64,000 bases of DNA. Origin: Catajapyx aquilonaris. Taxonomy: Eukaryota. The translations under genes and the position numbers were made by a program. The stretch covers positions 1 through 64,000 of the forward strand of contig JYFJ02000248.1 in the NCBI GenBank assembly GCA_000934665.2, in the 5' to 3' direction. The notes under the pieces were generated by a model that worked only from the letters and a program-made list of their open reading frames with translations, was not told where the DNA came from and did no database searches. Shown piece by piece: positions 23,494-37,000 of this stretch; within the stretch, counting starts at the first letter, position 1, and every line of letters starts with the position of its first letter.

Positions 23494-26400
23494 GTCCATA
23501 CCATACACTATAACAATGACGCACACTGTGTCACATCCTTCTAGCCCACCCATCTTATCCCCTGGTTTAAATTTTGAGTCACGACCTTCTACACTTTATA
23601 CGACCCCTAGCCCAGATTGCGACATTAGCTACGGGAAACAGCCTCCCGAGCAAATAATTCTTCTAGTTCTTGTATGAGTGGCAAAAGGTCCCCCATATAT
23701 CCGAAATCCCCCCCTCCCCCCCTGCCGAGCTGAGTCCATGAATCGTCCGGACCTGACAGAGAAGCCAATCTTCCGTTTTATTATTCTCCGGGTGGGCTTT
23801 GGGGGTGTGGAAAAGCCTTTTCCATCGTTTCGTCTTCATTGTAAAGAGCTGCAGGACTGCGCCTGAGTCGAAGAGCAAATGGGAACGGCCATCAAAATCC
23901 TGGGACCCGGAGAGGTCGTAAACAACAAGTTCTACCTTAGAGCTCTATCTCTCCAGTATAACTCGCTTCATTGCTTCTTACAGGACTCGAAGCTTTTCCA
24001 ATCGCATTGCCCCACACAGACCTAAGGGACAGGCTTGATTAGAGTGTCCAATCCAGGGGACTTTACACGTCGCCTCCTGACATCCAAGCCGCAAGAGAGA
24101 CTAATAACCCAGCTTATGTTCTCCTAAAATTACAAGGGGAGGTTACTAAAGTTGTAATTTTTTTAAACACAAAAAAGTCGAGCTTGGCACAGAGTCCAAC
24201 CAAATGCCAATCATGGCATGAAAATGGGGGCCAAATTTGCTGCAATTATGTAACCGGAAAAGATGATCAAACAAGGGAAATATGACGTTATTTTTGTTAA
24301 TCAAAAAGGCGGACGTCCGTGAATGACGTCCGGAAAGTCGTGGATGTCCAAATTAGTTGGATAAATGTCAGCTGTGGACTTGGCAATGGAAAGAATGCTT
24401 TTTATATATTAAAAACTGTAGTTTTTTGTTGGCATTTCTGGTGGAAGACCCCCCATGACCCCAATCCTTTTTACTGAAGAAAAACCTTTGCATGCAATAT
24501 CAATATCCTTGGGGTTCAGGTCTCAGGAGGGAATAAATCTCAGGCAAGGTCATCTCGGAGTAGACATGAAAAAAAATTGCTTTCTGACACGATTCTCAGT
24601 CTAGATATCTGGCTCTGTGGAATTATGCAAGTTAATATGATGCTTACAGTGCCTTCTTCCAAGCTTCTGTCCCGTAAATAAATTACACTGTCAGTTTTCA
24701 TTTTAAATATAAGGTGGAAATGTCGTGCATGTGAATTTTATAATCTTGAAATGTCAGGACTCCAAACTGAGAAATGGAGAGATGTATTCTCACAATAAAT
24801 TTAAAGAGAATAAACAATATTGTTGCTTACAGAAAAATTCTGCACCATTCATTAAACCCAAAAATTTAGTTACAAATTAATCGCGTTAAAATTAATAATG
24901 CAGGCTCCTCAGTTTCATTACCCAACATTTCCCATCGCTTAGCATTTAATTCGCCTTCTCCAATATTACATAATTCATAGACTTAAGCTCCTTTTGGACT
25001 TGGAACCCCTGTGGCAAAGCTTTGAAAACCTGTTACGTCACCCGGATTGTTCCGGATAATCACATACTAAAGTCTCCTCAAGATTTTATTGCTATTGTGC
25101 TCTTCCCGCCAAGGTTACCGATTACATTAGCTGAGGGCATGGCAAGTTCAGGTCTTTTGCTGGACTTTACAATTTCAGAGCTGCTGGTGTGTTCTTGACA
25201 ACTCAGCACTAAAAGTTGGTAAGTTCAAAGCCCGTGAAAGTCCAGGAACCGTCCAGGAACGTCTTTCAACCCGTCCGGTCATTTTTTTAACAGCCCTCGT
25301 CCGCACATTCTACGATCCAGACGTGCAAAAGGCATTTTATGATCCATTAGAGGCATGCAATGCTCCCTGGTGTGGCCATCAAGTTACTTCAAGACATGTC
25401 TGTCAAGCTGTGTCAGCAGACTGCATGTAGCCAGCGGCCAATACCAATGAGTCGAATTTCCTAGAAACTTTTGAAGTGTAATGAACCTTATCAGATATCG
25501 ACAAACATTCATATTCAACCCAATGTTTCTAATTACTGCAAGAAAAACAAACGTGTCTCAAATTTTTTTGGACTTCTACAGTACTTGCTCACGAACTTCA
25601 GCGGGATACTGTACTACATTATTAAGGGCCTTCATGCATACTTTTAACTGACAAGGGATGAAAAATATATTATTTACTCCGAAAGTTCTCCTTGACATTT
25701 TGTGTTGATATATACGTGTATAGGCCTATCCAATGAGTTCCTGTAATTACGTTTCAAACTTACGCCTCTCAGAAAGAGTCTATGACTTTATTGACACTAT
25801 ACAGTAGTAAACCACCATGTTAGCCCTACATCTAGAAATCACGTGACTAATAGTTAGCCCAATATAGCTCCAACTATCACGCAAGTTCTGAGAAATAAAA
25901 TTATAACTAGGACGTCCGGCTGAATTATTATTGCAAGTTCTCATTACGGTTGTATAGCTCGTTATGTGATTCATTGTTTTGATTTATTTAAAGAAAAGTG
26001 CGCCGTAACTCCGCATTAATTTGAGCTTCATAGATGCCCATGGGCCAGCTTCTCTTTTCAAACGTCGCACAAAAGCGGACGCTCCTGTACGTATCAGTCA
26101 AAATATAAATAAAACAAAGGCATGCACGCCAAACAATGCGACATCCAGATTAGCGCAACTGATTACACACTAACCTTCGCGAATTTTAGCGTATTTAGGC
26201 CACACCATGTTGCTGGTCATGAAACCTCCTATCTCTCTCTCTTTAAAAAAAAATCCGGATTCATTTGTGTTTGCTGGAAGGTTTAAAATCCGGCAACAAA
26301 TTGGGCCCGGTTTTCAGTGCCAAGTCCACTCTGGGAAGGATTTACGATGGTGCACATGCGGACAGAAATTATGTCCATGGGACCCTGAAAGTTAGCCACA

Positions 26401-29299
26401 GTCAAGGACAATGTCGGTCGAAAAAGCCAAAGGAAAATTATAACCCACCCCCCAAAAATGTATAGAGATACCAAGCGGCACCGTCGGGAGCTGTCGTTTA
26501 AACTCCCTTTGCACCGCTAATCCTATTGCAGATTATGCGCTGCTCAACCTGGCCATGAATTATTCATAATTAAGGCTGCACCACGGATTTCCAATAGTTT
26601 AGGACCATAACTGCGGCCGGTCGTTGTGAAAGAAGCTGCGGGTGAGACCTGTGATGAGGAGCTCAATAAAATAAATTGATATAACTTATTTTAATGTTTG
26701 CAGCATACAATGTGACAACTGTAGAACACAGTCGAACATGTATACAAACATACAATGATATTTTGTACAGTCATTTGCAACATGTAAAATAGCGAGCTGT
26801 AAATGTGCCACTGTGACACTTCCGCTGTGGTATTTAATCTGTGATATACTGTACTGTCTTCATACAGTATGCATTTTGCCTATTAGTTACAGTGCGACAG
26901 TTCCTATAAAGCTGTAGGGATTCATAGCGTAATCTAATCCGATATCTGCAGAGAAAGTAATTCAGACCAAAAAAAAACTCTCTCTCGGTTAAATTATACA
27001 ACACAATGCTAATGTTATTATTTAGCGGCATCTACAGTATGCTCTCACTTTTATTACGTAAATTATGGTGATAATTCACGCTTCTAATTTCGCCGGTGAT
27101 AAATACGTAAATGCTTTTATTGCCCTCTTGTAAGGTGTCCATTTCAAATCAGTGTTATCATGAATTGACGGAAAAGCAATAACGTCTAATACGCAATAAC
27201 AGTCGAGGCAAAAAAAATAATAATGGAAAAGATTGTGTAAGCTCAAAGGATCGATTCTTATTTCATGTGTCCCACATACCCTGCACTGATTTGAAGATTT
27301 GTGCAGTGCATGCTATACATTTTTTTGTGCGTTCGTTTGCATGAGGCCTTGATTGACAAAGCTAGAGAAAACCAGGTGGTTGATTTCACTGCATCAAGCA
27401 CTCATCATTTTGATATTCCTCTCCATGCTATGGAAAGTTCTCCCTATATAGCAATAGTATGCTTATAGGCTTATTCGTTAGGCCATAGACCGCGACTATA
27501 AAAAGTCCAGACTGGAATATCATCCGTTACAAAAAATGTTTTATTCAGCGCTTGTCTTTTACATCGAGTGCAGGGTCAGACCATTGCCAACGTGCTGTGG
27601 TCTAGCTCTTCCCATAATACATGATTCTCTGTGCGAGATGAAGTGATCCAGGACATCCAGACGCAAGGCATATTTCCATGGAAACGCTTTTATTGCATGC
27701 AGAGGAGAGTATATTCACCCAAGTGTATATATATATATTCGTTCACAGAAATCTCAGGCTCCCGACGAGCACGGTTGTATTCATCAGAAGCCTTACTAAA
27801 TTTAGCCATATTTTGAGAGGTCACAGCTATACTCACTCGCGGGGGGTATTCCTTTCAAATTATGGCTTTGATTTGGAGATATATGATATCTGTGCAACTG
27901 ATGAAATAATGCGCAGTTATATCATATGCGAATATAGGCTACTGCATGGTTATTTTTAAGAGTTAAGTGTGGTACCAGAGTGTGATGGCAGATAATATTG
28001 GTGTCATGAAGACAGATCGAACTCGGAAGGTAACTTAGAGCCTTTCCAGAACCAGATGCGATATATTGATAAATCACGAATAATTGCGAAAGTATTTTGT
28101 GGTTTATTCTTAAAGGAACCTTTTCCCGATAACTCCCAGGAGCACTGGTTAACCGACCCGTAAATAGCTCTTCAGACAATACATTTAATTAGCAGACCAC
28201 TAGAAGGCAAACAAGCCCTAAAGTACTGCAAACTATTAGAGCAATACCTGCTACGCTAGCTACAGAAAACAATGTTATTACAAATAAATTATTATTATTA
28301 TTTTTGCTATTTAACACATTATAGCTTACTGTTTTCTGCAATTAGCAACAAACACTCTCTACAAATACCCACCATAATATTACCATTCCAGGAACGATGC
28401 ACTGTAGATATCACCCGGGGTAATGAAAGATGCAATATTATGGCAATGCTAAAATAGTAATTTTACAGTAGGCTGGCCCAATTCATATTACTTGGTTCAA
28501 AATTGTTACTCTTTTTAATATAACTGCACGCATCCTTCACAATTACAAATTGCTCCTACATGCATCATTATTATGGTTAGTAACAATACAATATTATCGC
28601 GCATAATAATTTCAGTGATCTAGATGGTATTCAGAAGCGACTTAAATAATAACACTGCATTTAAAAAAAATTCACTGTCCGTCTTACTACACTGCACAGA
28701 TAATTTACGCAATAAATAAATGACGCGATCTATTCGTTCAAGGCTAAAGAACAAAGCTTTGGTCACAGAATTACCCTCGTAACTTTCTGAATAATATAAT
28801 GCGTCCTAGCTTGAAATTGTAAGTCGATGCGTTTTAAACAATAAAGACCCCTTTAATTTAGCCCTTTTCCGCGTGTTGTGCATTTTGGTGTAATGTGGAA
28901 GTAATATTGGTGTCATGCTCGGTGAAGCGTGCCTTTCGTGCTTACATATAGAGAGTAAACATTTTGAATAAAAATCAATTTCGCCGCTCAGCATATATAC
29001 AGTAGCCTACAGTGAAGCTGGCACACATTTAAGACGGTACCGCATGCATTACAAGGTCAGGTAATAATATCACCAGTAGAATAATCTCGGTTCTACTCAC
29101 CCGCACATATCGCTTCAAAGTCGTGTAGTTATAGCCGGCCTATTAAATTATTTTTTTCTCTGAATTTTCTTTTTTTGCTATAAATCTACCGATCGCAAAT
29201 GACACCTCGCATAATACAACCCGTGAAATTAGTATCCGCCCCCGTCTTTTTAGGCCGTCTATTTGCGTCTACTTTTCTTAACCTTCCGGAAAAAGGAGC

Positions 29300-29680
29300 G
29301 GAGGGAACGTAAACGTCAGATGCGCTCCCCCGCGTCTATGCCTCCCTTGATTATTTTTTCTTTCTTTTTGCCGCCACCTGATTGGCCCAACCTATCCTGC
29401 GGGGTTGCCAAATCACCTCGCGACATTGGCGCCGCTGCGTGACCCTCACCCTGCCTGCGGGTCCTGAGCCAATCAGGAGCCTGGAGGCCCGCACCCCGGA
29501 AGCGTGGCCGTGATGTCCGTTCGAGCAAGGCTTGGGCCCACGCATTCCGATGCGGAAGCCTCACAATCAGGCAACGTCGCCACTGGAAGTTATCGACGAC
29601 TGGAGGAGTAAATGACGTCAGGGTTTCCATGGCGAACTGCCGCATATTGATTTCCCGCCACTTCATTCATCTTCGATGGC
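29300..29680. promoter_or_regulatory. GC/CpG-rich promoter-like island with CCAAT boxes and a CRE
   Basis: GATTGG at ~29380, CCAATC at ~29469 and TGACGTCA at 29613-29620, in a GC-rich block within AT-rich flanks. No credible ORF. Confidence 0.4.
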
Positions 29681-30517
29681 GGGACACAAAAATGTGCAAA
29701 CCCTCCCACACAACCAAAAAAAAAAAAACATTGAAATTACGCAAACTTAGCTGAGACACACAAAAAACGTATTTTCCATATTTCCCTACAAAACAATTGT
29801 TTAAGAAAATATCATATGTAACGACATAACCTGCATCGTACTGCGAGCCTGGTGCCCAATTTTGGTAGGGTTTTTATCAATGAATGGTTGCGTTTGGTTT
29901 CTTTTCCTGTCACGGCAAGGCGCTGCTGTCATGCTGAGACGAAGGTGCCATCCGGCTGATCTTTCTGGCACTAACTGTAGTGTCGAGCTAGATTGACGGC
30001 CCTTATTATCCACCGGGTAAACGGGTAAATTGACCGGTAATTGAGACGCGGTCGACAATCGTCGCGGATTGCTAATATGGAATTTCCGAATTGGGAATCG
30101 GTTTCACACGAGCCTGATGCGTGGTGTCTATGCATGTGTGATGATGGTCGGCGAGTGTTAATTTGAGGGAAAGACCGACACCAGCCGACACCCATTTAAC
30201 TGCGGTTTATGCAAAGTGGAGATTACTGGCATTTACATCATTGTGTAATGGTACTGACTGATGAGTTTAATCCTTGACTATGTGGGGTCTGTGATGTACG
30301 TACGAGAATTAACAGTGTCAAGTAATTGATTAATTAAAAGCCTAATTATTTTGTGGATTCCTCAAACTTATCTTCGACTATGTGTAAATATTTTTGAAAT
30401 TTAAACAAAAATCACGGCCCTCAAAAATCGGCTTCAACTTAATCGCATGGTGCATTAACTGTTATGTTGTAGAGTACTCTATATTAGGGACCTTTGAACG
30501 AATATTTTTGCCGAATA

Positions 30518-30669
30518 TCTATCCTGACAAGTATGGATACCCCCATTCATGAGTGCATTGCTGGTTTTCGGAGTCAGGCGCTCACGCTCCCAGACTGTTG
30601 CTCAACCGCCTGCCTCCGGCAACCAACAATGCAGGAACGTACGGAGGTATCCATACATGTCAGGATAGA
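30518..30669. mobile_element. MITE-like element with ~24-bp TIRs
   Basis: TCTATCCTGACAAGTATGGATACC ... GGTATCCATACATGTCAGGATAGA (1 mismatch). Confidence 0.65.
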
Positions 30670-32744
30670 CACTGTCAACGGCCTTTCGGAGGCCATTCTT
30701 CTTCCACATGCATCCCTACCTGGTCATCGCTGGTAACCCCATCTTGGGAATATGCCATGAGCGTAATGAATCAATGAATGAATGAAAAATACCACCTGGG
30801 GTCACGAAAGGCCCCCTCACGACACTATAGTTACGTTGTTCAGAATAACGATACTAGTTAATGGTTAACTATAGTGAGAACTACGGTACTGTACTAGAAA
30901 TAAAACAGTTTTGTTCTGCCTGATGATCATGGTAGAACAGCTGAGACTCATCTTCAGCTGGCACAAGTTGGATGTGTTCCCATGGACCACCGTGAAAGGA
31001 GAGGAAATGTAAAGCCGAAATGTGACCACTGTCAGGCGCCTTGACAGGATTCTTTCTCGGCGGGATTTCTCATTATTTGTCCACGTTCAATCAATCGCAT
31101 TCTTTAAAAAAATGCACAGCATAAAGTTTTTACCGCCATTGAAATAAAAATGCAGTTCTCCTTAACATAGTGTTTACTTTTTGTACTGCACAGTATGAGT
31201 ATATACCGTACTGTACCTACACAAATCCACTTGCAAATTTTTTGTATCTTAGGGACAATTCCACTGCAAAATGGATTTCCCCTGCTTCTGATGGATGGAA
31301 TGCAGCACAATAAATGGTGCATATGTGCAGGGGTAAATTAGTTCAACCTCCTTCCAAACTGCTGCACACGCTGGAATCTCAAGCCTCCACTAATGGCGTC
31401 CTGTGGTGGCAGGGAAGATGGAAATGCCACTTGTAACAACAAATAGCCCTGATCCGTGTTTACATTTGTGTAGGGTGTTTCCATTAGGGCCCTGTCAATC
31501 TCAACGTGTCATTCAGACGGGCGCATGGGTCTCTCTGGAGACCTCCATAACCGCCAATAAGCACGTGAAATAATAAATACTGGCAGTAAAACTACACTGC
31601 ACGTCTCCTACAATCTGAAACGACAACAATTGCAATCAAAGGCAACAAGAATAAACATATGGTGGCCAAGAAGAGATTCTGAGGAGTGGTGAGGCGGCCA
31701 ATGGGAGTGAAGAAGAGTGTGACGAGCCAATGAAAAACTGGCTTCCATCACCCAATCTATGGTGGAAGACTGGCATCTTTGTTATTGTTGCGAAGCATTT
31801 GGTCCAATGGGGGGCGTGTGGAGCCAGCTACAGTTACGATTGCTTCCCGGGCCAAAACAAACAAGGACGGCGCCCTTCTTCCGTGGGCTGGGGGGAGGAG
31901 TTTGGCTCATCGCTGATGGCTACAATTTTCTTTCTGAGGATGTCAAAAAAGAGTGGCCAGTTCGTCACCTCGGGTAGAGCTGCGTGGTCTGGCCCATTCG
32001 ACAGAGAACAACACTAATTGGGGGGTCTGCTCCAGGAGAGGGAGATATTGTTGCGAGGAGTTTCAACGACAGACGCAACCATTGAGGTCCAACCTTCGAT
32101 ATCAAAAGGTAAATTTTATTGCAATACATATAGCAATTGAGGGTATCGTGCTTAACATTAGTACAAGATCTCCGTTGACGAAATATATAAATTTGGAGCA
32201 ACAATATTCGCGATCAGAAATAGGCCACATTTTATAGAGTCATTATATTTATTTCTTCTGCTTCGTAAATTGATAATTTGTCTTTAACCTTACATTTATA
32301 GCATTTTGGCTGCTGTTGTCAATGGAGGGGCATTAATTACACTTACGTAGGAGTTAGTGCAACGTTTCATGTCATAAGGTGTTGTCTATATAGTAATTAC
32401 GTCGAATGGGAGCGAATTATTCCGTTGGGCGAACTGCCATTTGGACGAAATGTTGCAAAAAAAATAATTTGAGCAGAGTGGTATACTTATGTAACCCTTT
32501 GTCTAGACTTCAAGCTACGTATAAGCGATAAGCCACTGACTGTTGCATGATTTAGGTCCGTTGCACTTCTGCCAGGAAACATTTTCCAGTTGGAAAAGTA
32601 GTAATAAATTTGACGCTTTAATGCTGTCTGCAATAAGTTCATTTTCTGGACACTTTTCCAGCCGATTTATGCCATCCTGTCCTTAACCATGATGAGCAGG
32701 TGATTGGTAATATTCCAGCTCACGCCAGCTCATTGCTGCAAGAA

Positions 32745-34027
32745 ATGAGCGCCGAGGTGAGCGCGTCTTCGCCAAGCCCTCTGCCTTACCCGACGACCGA
32801 GAAGGGTGCCCGTCTGCCAAAATGCGCCCGTTGTCGCAACCACGGCATGATCTCCTGGCTGAAGGGTCACAAGCGACACTGCAGGTTCAAGGACTGCATA
32901 TGCGCCAAGTGCAACCTGATCGCAGAGAGACAGCGGGTCATGGCTGCCCAGGTCCATACCGACGCACTCTCTTGGTTGGTGGATTCACGCCCATTCACAG
33001 GTCCGTTTCTCACAGGTGGCGCTCAAGAGGCAGCAGGCCGCAGAGGATGCAATCGCCCTAGGTCTCAGGGCCATGGCCACGGGACAGCAGTACGGGTACC
33101 TGCCACCGGGACCCATCTTCGGAATGGCCGTCACTAATCCGCAGAGCACCAAGAAACAGTTTATTCATCTCCCACAAGGTTGGTGTTAGGACTGCTGGGT
33201 TGTAGTAATATTCTGCTGGATATTCATTTTCAGAAGAAGTGTCTCCTCCTGAGCCTACCATGAGCCCAAAACAGAGCCAACCTCCAGACACCCCACCTCC
33301 TCCACCAGCCCAAGACAACCCACCGTCTCCGAAGCCACCGTCACCACCTCAGCCTCCAGTTCCAGTCCGGATGTCCCCTCTGGACATCCTCTCCAGATTG
33401 TTCCCATCCCAGAAGAAGCCTGCTCTGGAATCAGCTATGGAAACCAGCCGAGGCGACCTGGTCAAATCCATCGAGATACTGGTCAGCTCTGGAGAAGGCG
33501 CCAGCAGCAAGACGCAGCAGAGAGAAGGAGCCGGCAATGCTCTTCAGCAATACCTGGCGTCGTTCTCTGCCCAGAAGGAATCCGGCGCCAAAATCCAGTC
33601 CAAACCACCTGGGTCGTACCTGGGAGGTCCGAAGTCAGCCTTCACGCCTCTTCCAGCACACCAGAACTTCCCTTTCACGCAGTCATTCCAACCTACCAGA
33701 ACCGACGCACTTCAGGGGAGTGACCTGTCTCCGCATGACCCAGGAAGGCTGGGTGACCCGACCTTCTCGTACTCGTCCAGTATCCTGCCGCCTCTGCTGA
33801 CCACACCTCCTTCGTACTTGCCCAGCAGTCACGCACCGCTGCTTTTCTATCCGTTCAGGACTCCTTGTCTTCCAGGGTGCTCGCAGTGTCCCTCGGTGCA
33901 TCAGGGCCTGGAGCACATCGGATTGGGTCTGGGGATGGGGTTGCAGCAAGGGAAAGAGTCAGGGATTCATTTGGAGGCCAACCATGATGTTGACCTGGTC
34001 ACTCTTGGTAGCCGGGAAAAGAAGTAG
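32745..34027 (+). CDS. Dmrt93B: DM-domain transcription factor Dmrt93B-like, 3 exons (32745-32951, 33016-33178, 33234-34027), 387 aa
   Basis: DM domain [68 protein letters not shown] (93B-type signature). DMA domain [38 protein letters not shown] introns in frame. Confidence 0.9.
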
Positions 34028-37000
34028 ATTGTAGCTGGGGTCTCTACTTTGGTTTCTAGCCACATTACTGGCACTGTAACCAGCACACTGAGATATTTAT
34101 AGGAAAAATTATGTTGCAACAAACAAACCAAACCAAAATAATGGACCGGGTCGAGCTTACTCGTGATTGAGTAAATGAGCTATATTGCAACGTCGGTAAT
34201 ATGTCGGCTGGTACATGTTGACGCACTCATATTATTTTATTAAGTATGATGCTGACCATAATTTTTGGACGCATTCGAAGATTCAGTAAAGTTTGGTTAC
34301 CAGGTGCCACTCATTGGATTATTTCTAGCTTGACACGACTTTACTGGCCTAACCTATTTGATTTATAATTTTTATCAATATCTGAGCTGGAGAAAAAATT
34401 TAACAAAAGTAACTTACACACACATTGTAATAATTTTTCTGAATAAGAATCCGCCCACCGCATTGTGCTGCTATCATGTACGTCTACACTGTTTATTATT
34501 ATTTAGTCACATGAATTATTGTCAATGTGTCATCTTAATTACAAGTGAGGTTATACGAGTTATCGTATAATGTATTGTGTAAATATATTGTTTTGCAAAC
34601 CCTTATGTACAGTGCCATTCTTATATGATGAATTATTTTCCTTTCTTCGGAAAAGTCTAGCCTGTTATACCTAGTGTAGCAACGAATTCGGCACATATTT
34701 ATTACCATTATGCTCGACTGAACTTCGAGCATTACCACATTAATTAACAAACCAACCCATGAGCGAATTTTTTGCACTGGTAGCCAACATTTAACAGCTT
34801 TTCCAACTACTGACCTTTGGTTTCAAAATTATTGTGGAAAAGCAATGTCATAAATATAGGGAAAATATTTAAAACTGTGTGCTTTGAAATATGTGGTACA
34901 CTGACAAATAATGTGCCATCATGCTGACACTATAACATTTATTAAGCAGTGCAATGAATAAGATTACATTATCACATATTATTTCCAATGTATTAGCGAA
35001 ATGTTGTACGAATATCTGTGTATAAATTATTCAAACTCTTATAAATAAAAATGCGATGAAGGTACTTCATTTGCAAGTGTTAGCAATATTTTCATTGCCC
35101 CCTTCTTTTTTTAGATTTTAAAGTATATTGTCGCTTTATCCACTCCGCCAGCTTAGATTTGAATAAGGAATGAACAAAGTTACTCTCCGTCATATCAGGT
35201 CATATTTCCTAACTTTATTAACCCCAAATTGTTTCAATGCTTGGGCCATTTTTTCTATCTAGGCTGTATCACATATTTGCATTTATAGACACGATTATTC
35301 GTTCAGATGAACTGAGTCAGGCAACCGCAATCATGGCATAATAATATGGTTGCGAATAAGTCCAGATAAAATTGTGGCGAATATCCGGAAGCGTCTCCTG
35401 TACAGAGTGGACCTGATTTAGTTCGTATCCGAATGGCAGGAAAGCCTGATCATATTATGCTCCCCGGCGCAGACTGCCGCAGGCGATCCCGGTTCCATTA
35501 GCCATATAACGGGCGGGTTACGACGAATTGTGAGGGTTTCAAGGCTAGATTAGGCATTAGCCCTTATGGGATGCATGTATCAAACATTTATCTACAGGCT
35601 GGTGGCTGTAATATTTCTGCCATTCCTGTAGCTCAATACAGTGCTACACTAATCAGTCTACATTATTTTCATGAGTTCATAGTACGATATACAGCACATA
35701 CGGTAAGTTGATACTCCTCTTTATTAATTTGCTATACTATTAATGTTATCCTTCTTGTAGTAATTTTGCCAGTCTAATAAACTAATAATTCATCCCCCTC
35801 CCACGACACGGCAGTCCTCACAAGTACGAAGCCCTAAATAAATTGGTGTAGGTGTCGGTAATCACGTGAAATGAAGAAATATTAAATAATTTTTTTGCCA
35901 ACCTTATTATTTTGGCAAAATCTAGTAAAAACCTACCTGTTCTTCGTATTCGTGGCACCTGGGCATCATAGGCAAATTTTATTTCTTATAATTACAAGGT
36001 AATGAGGTTTTGCCTTTTTCTAGGATTAAAAAGCAGATGACTATTATGCTTGTACCTCACAGAAATGAAGTTTTTCGCCACCTTTTGTCGAAACTCCCGA
36101 CAAGAAATAATTATATTGCCTCCCCTACTCCTATTCTCCAAACACCACATTTAGCACATCCCCTTGTGGCAACCCAATATTTCCGGGCCACACCATATGT
36201 CAACAATCTCCACCACCAAATATGGTAATATAATAATATAGGAAAAGAGAAACGTGCCCCGCACCCCCAAAAGTGAGTTTCCAATATACAATTCTTGCCA
36301 GTTGTTATAAAACGAGTCCTATACTATGTGTAGTTGGTCCATCACGTTAGACTAAAAGAAGCATCCATCCCCGGCAGTGCTCAGAGGAAAGATAAACACA
36401 AACTGCGAGAATCGTTCTCGCCAAAGTCCCTGGCTTGTAAGCAGTCGTTGTTTGGAGACCGGGAGCATCGGCGGCATAACGTATCACTCTTGGGACACAC
36501 CGTTGTCCCTGCAGCTCGGCCAAACCGTATTATCCGGAGCCCCAAAAGGCCTGAGCTCGGATGCTACGAAAATATCCCTGATTCGATTTGAAACAGAGAA
36601 ATCCAATTGGACCTATGGAATTAGAAACCGAGTTAGAATGCAACCAACCAGAGGAGAGTGGTGGGGAAAATCTTTTCTCCGCGGAACTCTCCGCAATCTC
36701 AGTTGGTGACCTCGAGATGTGTGCTTAAGTGTCGGATAACTCCCTCCAGGCATGGTTTCCAGTGACGGCAGTTCACTAGTTAGTTGCTGGAGAAGCAGGA
36801 ACCTTCTTGATCAGATTAGAGGCCAATTATTTGCAGTGGTGGTTGTATGTCTAGAGTTGAATTAACACTCATTTTGAGTCACATAATATTCCAAATGAAC
36901 ACCTCAGAACAAAATGGGAACATGAGTAAACATGGCTCCCCCCCTTTTTGCTATTTTGGATAAAAGTTTCGTGTATCCTCCGTTCAGACGCCTTGGGTCA

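Noticed and set aside
31650..32110. Exon-like GC-richer block with a Cys pattern and a donor-like AAAG|GTAAAT
   Set aside because: No consistent frame or recognisable domain. It could be a UTR exon or a decayed element, but that cannot be supported.
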